Below are positions 47,333 to 50,908 of a stretch of DNA of 50,908 nucleotides, piece by piece. The DNA is taken from NCBI GenBank assembly GCA_049451035.1, contig JBMTVD010000003.1, forward strand, positions 1 to 50,908. The letters run 5' to 3'. Under the pieces are notes generated by a model. It was not told where the DNA came from. It saw only the letters and a program-made list of their open reading frames with translations, and did not search any database. A program made the position numbers and the translations under genes. Each line of letters begins with the position of its first letter. Positions within the stretch are counted from its first letter, which is position 1. Source of the DNA: Chthoniobacterales bacterium. GTDB taxonomy: Bacteria; Verrucomicrobiota; Verrucomicrobiia; Chthoniobacterales; JACTMZ01.

Positions 47333-48287
47333 GGCGGGCAAAGAGGTCTCCGGGCTGCGGTTCGCCGCGGCCGTGCCACCACGCGGTGAGGATCATGTGC
47401 GGCATGGTCAGGGCGCTGAGGCCCCAGAAAATGACGCGCATCATGGCTTCATCAAAGTCGAGGGTGCGGGCGAAAGCGAACCAAGCGATGGCGCCAAGGA
47501 CGACGGTGGCCAGAGTGAAGGGCAGACTTTCGAGCAGGAGCCAGCGGCGGGCGCGGATGGCTGACTCGGGAAAACGGGCCGCGCCGAGGTCGGAGATATG
47601 TCGGACGGAGTGGACGAAGCAAAAATAGAGCAGAAAGGCGCTCAGCGGATGGAAGACGGCGAAGATAGCTGCGGTCAGGAGAAGTTCGGCCACGGCGGGA
47701 AGCCAGCCTGGAGCGCGTTGCAGGGAGCGCCAAAGGACGGCAACCATGAGGCACGTGATCCAGAGCCAGGTGGCAGGCGTGGTCACAAAGGCGAGGGCGG
47801 CATCGAGGTTCGCCGTGGCGGTGGGTCCGACGAGGAGGGCGAAGAGGTCGCGGGTGGTTTGGGGATGAAAGACCAGCGGGGCGATGCCGGCAAAGCCGCC
47901 GCGGGCGATCACTTCCACGGCACGTTGCGGTCCGTGCCGGACTTCGGTATCGCCCAGTCCGAAATGAATCACGGCAATGGCAAGGAAGCCGAGCAGGGCC
48001 GCGACGGGGAAAGCGATCCAGACCGCGAGGACGGCGGCGGAGACCACGAGATAGACGCCGATGGCGCCGACCAGCGCGAGCCATGAATCCTGCGCGGCTC
48101 CGCGCACCAGCGCGAGATCCAAGGCGCCGTGGGGCAGGCCGAAGACGACGACCGCCAAAGCGAGGACCGTGAGTTGCAACCCGAGGGGAACGGCGGGAAC
48201 AAAGGGCGAAAGGGCCAGCGCCGCAGCAAGCAGGGCGACCACAAAGAGTGTGTGGCGACGCTGGAAAGCCGGAAACCACGTGCTCAT
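47325..48287 (-). CDS. blh: Brp/Blh-family beta-carotene 15,15'-dioxygenase
   Basis: Polytopic membrane protein with His motifs 'GLPHGALD', 'HFG', 'HSVRH', 'LTMPHM'; downstream of crtY. Confidence 0.93.
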   Translation of the reverse strand: MSTWFPAFQRRHTLFVVALLAAALALSPFVPAVPLGLQLTVLALAVVVFGLPHGALDLALVRGAAQDSWLALVGAIGVYLVVSAAVLAVWIAFPVAALLGFLAIAVIHFGLGDTEVRHGPQRAVEVIARGGFAGIAPLVFHPQTTRDLFALLVGPTATANLDAALAFVTTPATWLWITCLMVAVLWRSLQRAPGWLPAVAELLLTAAIFAVFHPLSAFLLYFCFVHSVRHISDLGAARFPESAIRARRWLLLESLPFTLATVVLGAIAWFAFARTLDFDEAMMRVIFWGLSALTMPHMILTAWWHGRGEPQPGDLFARHV

Positions 48288-49510
48288 CGCAGGGCGGCGG
48301 CGAGAAAAGGTGCGGGAGGCAGGGCGCACATGACGCGGAGAATATCGGCGGGTCGCGGTTCGGACTCAAGGAAGCGGACGAGCGCTTCCGGCGGGACGCG
48401 GTCGAACATGCGGGTGAAAAATTCGGGAACGCGTTCGGGATGGCGGTCCATGACGCGGAGAAAGACGCGGTCCATCCAGGCGAGAAGCGGGGATTCGTGG
48501 GTGATGTTCGGATCGGGGCGCCCGTGTTGTGACCAGTGGTGCGCCATGCGTTCGCTGGCGCGCTGGATGCGGGAGAAGGCGTAACCGGAGGACGCGCGGA
48601 CGGCGCCGGCGGCGGTTCCCCAAGGGATGATGCGGTTTTTATCCTGAACCGCGGGAGCGAGGTCCATGGGGAGGTTGCCCTCCTCGCGGTGGCGGATTTG
48701 CCAACCGGCGGATCCGAGATTGTTTCGCGCGTAGTGGAGGATTTGTTCGTCGGTAAAAGTGGGAGATTTTCCGCGGGGGACGAGCCAGGTGTCTTCGACG
48801 AGGGCGGTGTGTTTGTCGAGGGGGAGGACGTAGAAGAAGCGGATGCCTTCGGGGCCGGCGGACTGGAAGTCCATGAGGGTGACGGTCGCGGTGTCGAGCT
48901 TGGCTTCGGGGGAGTGGAGTTCGAGTCCGCGGAAGATTTGGCGCCAGGGGGCTTTGTCGTTTTGGGGCGGACGACTGTCGACGACCCACGATGATTCGAT
49001 GCGGCGGCCGTCGCAGAAGTGAACTGCGGTGAAGTCCGGAAGCTCTTCGATGGATTCGACGGAAACTCCGCGGAGGAAGGTAACGTGCGGAGAAGTGGAA
49101 AGTTGGACCATGGCCACGTCGTAGAATCGGTCTGAGGGGATGCGGACGTAGGGAGTGCCGACCCCTTGGCGAGGAGTCCCGACCGTCGAGGTGCGGACCA
49201 GCCAGTTGTGCCAGCGGTGGGTGATGGCCGCGTCGAAAGGGGTCTGGTGGAGTTGCCAATGGCACCAGGTGCGGTCGCGCACAGACTCATGACGCGGGTC
49301 GACCAAAAGCATGCGTGGCGGATCGGGTAGCGCGGCGAGGCGAACTGCCAGGCTGAGGGCGGATAGGCCGGCGCCGGCGAAGATGATGTCATAAGGGCAG
49401 GAACGAGCGGTTCGCTCGTCCGTCTGGTGTCGTGCGGACGCGCGAGGCCGCGCGTCCCTACCTGTGGGCAGCTCTGCGCCGGGGACGATGCCGCTGCAGA
49501 GTGTGTTCAT
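48284..49510 (-). CDS. crtY: Lycopene beta-cyclase
   Basis: FAD fold 'DIIFAGAGLSALSLA', 'DRTWCHW', 'TLMDF', 'FFYVLP', 'EEGNLPM', 'GTAAGAVRASSGYAF'. Confidence 0.9.
   Translation of the reverse strand: MNTLCSGIVPGAELPTGRDARPRASARHQTDERTARSCPYDIIFAGAGLSALSLAVRLAALPDPPRMLLVDPRHESVRDRTWCHWQLHQTPFDAAITHRWHNWLVRTSTVGTPRQGVGTPYVRIPSDRFYDVAMVQLSTSPHVTFLRGVSVESIEELPDFTAVHFCDGRRIESSWVVDSRPPQNDKAPWRQIFRGLELHSPEAKLDTATVTLMDFQSAGPEGIRFFYVLPLDKHTALVEDTWLVPRGKSPTFTDEQILHYARNNLGSAGWQIRHREEGNLPMDLAPAVQDKNRIIPWGTAAGAVRASSGYAFSRIQRASERMAHHWSQHGRPDPNITHESPLLAWMDRVFLRVMDRHPERVPEFFTRMFDRVPPEALVRFLESEPRPADILRVMCALPPAPFLAAALR
49397..49461. repeat. Inverted doublet of GTAG-type REP-like palindromes
   Basis: GCAGGAACGAGCG-gtt-CGCTCGTCCG (49397-49422), a 12-nt spacer, then CGGACGCGCG-aggc-CGCGCGTCCCTAC (49435-49461; reverse complement GTAGGGACGCGCGGCCTCGCGCGTCCG). 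Confidence 0.75.
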
Positions 49511-50364
49511 GAGTGGACTCCCACGAGTTGGTCAAGTTCCCGGTGCAGAGCGACGTCGTGTTCTGGATGCTGGTCTTTCCACGGGGCGGGAGCGGTGAAG
49601 GCGCGGGCGACGAGTGCGGCTTTGCGCCAAGTCGGGACTACGATGCGATCCGCGGTGCGGTGCGGTCCTTGACGCCGGAGTTCCTCGCCGATTTCGCGGT
49701 AGACTTTGGCGGCGATGAGGATGCCGCGGCGGGATTCTGGTGGGAGATAGACGAGGCCGGCGAGACCGCTGGCGTAGTAGGGCTCGGCCAGGGCGAGACA
49801 GCGGAGCGCGGCTTCGTGGACGCGTTCCGGAGCACGGCGGATGGAAGCGGGTGGAAGATCGAGCCATGTCGCCGGGATATAGCGTCGGTCATGGTCGGCG
49901 TCCTCGCGGGTGTCGCGGGCGATGTTGGTGAGTTGGAGGGCGATGCCGAGGTCGATGGCGTGGTAGGCGGCGGCGGGATCGGTGGCACCGAGGACGCGGG
50001 CCATCATGAGTCCGACCGTGCCGGCCACGCCGTGGCAGTAGCGGAGGAGGGCGCGTTCGTCGGCGAGGACGGTCGGGCCGGTGTCGTCGCGGAGCGCGCG
50101 GGCCAGGGCGATGGCGGGCGCGGGGTCGGGATTTTCCAGCGTGAGATAAAGCGCGGCGAGCGGGTGGGAGGTGTCGTTGTTTTCGAGGGCGGCAGCGACG
50201 GCTTCGATCTGCGCGGCGTCGCCGGTTTCGTCGGCGAGGTCATCGAGTCCCCGGCAGAAAGCGTAGAGCTGCGTGGCGGCGGCGCGGCGTTCGGCCGGGA
50301 GGAACTTGCCGGCGAGGTGGAAGCTTTTGCCGGCGCGGGCGAGGAGTTCTGCAGGAGTGCTCAT
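49507..50364 (-). CDS. crtB: Phytoene synthase
   Basis: 'GKSFHLA', 'LYAFCR.LDDLAD', 'YCHGVAGTVGLMM', 'LGIALQLTNIARD..ED'. Confidence 0.95.
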   Translation of the reverse strand: MSTPAELLARAGKSFHLAGKFLPAERRAAATQLYAFCRGLDDLADETGDAAQIEAVAAALENNDTSHPLAALYLTLENPDPAPAIALARALRDDTGPTVLADERALLRYCHGVAGTVGLMMARVLGATDPAAAYHAIDLGIALQLTNIARDTREDADHDRRYIPATWLDLPPASIRRAPERVHEAALRCLALAEPYYASGLAGLVYLPPESRRGILIAAKVYREIGEELRRQGPHRTADRIVVPTWRKAALVARAFTAPAPWKDQHPEHDVALHRELDQLVGVHS

Positions 50365-50908
50365 GCCGCGCGGCGGAGGAGGTTTTCCACGACTTTGGCG
50401 GAGCTGAGAACACCGGGCATACCGGCACCGGGATGGGTGCCGGCACCGACAAAGTAGAGGCCCGGGACGTCTTCGCTTTGGTTGTGGAAGCGGAACCAGG
50501 CGGATTGCGTGAGGATCGGGGCAATGGAGAAGCCGGTGCCGTGGGTGGTGAGCAATTCGTCGCGGAAGTAGGGCGGGGCGATGTGGAACTGGGAGACGAG
50601 GTGTTGGTCGAGGTCAGGGAGAATGGTTTTCTCCAAGTGATCGAGGATGCGCTGCGCGTAGCGGGGTCCCTCGGTATCCCAGTCGATCGCGTGCTGGAGA
50701 TTGGGCACGGGCGAGAGAACGTAGAAAGTGTCGTGGCCGTCGGGTGCCATGGAAGGATCAGTGGCGGTGGGGCGGTGGAGGTAGAGGCTGAAGTCGTCGG
50801 CGAGGACGCCGCGATTGAAAATGTCATGGAGCAGCCCGCGGTAGCGCGGACCGAAGAGGATGGTGTGATGGGCGACGTCCTCGTAGCGGCGGTTCGTGGC
50901 GAAATAGA
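50361..50908 (-). CDS. crtI: Phytoene desaturase, C-terminal part (5' end outside the window)
   Basis: The frame is open to the window edge: 'AHHTILFGPRY', 'DFSLYLHRPTATDPSMAP', 'QSAWFR', 'LYFVGAGTHPGAGMPGVLSSAK'. Confidence 0.95.
   Translation of the reverse strand, partial: YFATNRRYEDVAHHTILFGPRYRGLLHDIFNRGVLADDFSLYLHRPTATDPSMAPDGHDTFYVLSPVPNLQHAIDWDTEGPRYAQRILDHLEKTILPDLDQHLVSQFHIAPPYFRDELLTTHGTGFSIAPILTQSAWFRFHNQSEDVPGLYFVGAGTHPGAGMPGVLSSAKVVENLLRRAA

Noticed and set aside
47325-48287. Multi-TM protein considered as a rhodopsin
   Set aside because: It has the Blh histidine motifs and no retinal-binding DxxxK helix.

Overview
GC-rich bacterial chromosome segment, most consistent with Verrucomicrobiota (Chthoniobacterales/Spartobacteria-like). 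That taxonomy is an inference from the MurC-MurB fusion, the LysM gene between murD and ftsW, the divergent FtsZ and the C-terminal module of the secreted esterase. Left part: a lower-GC glycosyltransferase/deacetylase pair, rarA, proA-acyP-ABC ATPase-GT9, metF-zwf-opcA-tpiA, an envelope operon (small TM peptide, ABC-2 exporter, DedA/TVP38, amidase, GT4) and a pta-like gene. Centre: a complete dcw cluster (mraZ to ftsZ) with MraZ-box repeats, followed by clpB and a convergent pyc. Right part: two hsp20 genes under a sigma54-type promoter with paired enhancer sites, a secreted multi-domain esterase, and a translationally coupled retinal-biosynthesis cassette (crtI-crtB-crtY-blh plus a methyltransferase and yhbY) that runs off the window end and implies a rhodopsin. 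The most notable observations are (1) an FtsZ whose catalytic T7 loop is degenerate, (2) an inverted pair of GTAG-type REP palindromes read in frame inside the crtY N-terminus, (3) the retinal cassette with a methyltransferase coupled to blh, and (4) the sigma54/UAS architecture at hsp20. No rRNA, tRNA, CRISPR array or transposase was seen. All calls come from reading motifs by eye; no searches were run.
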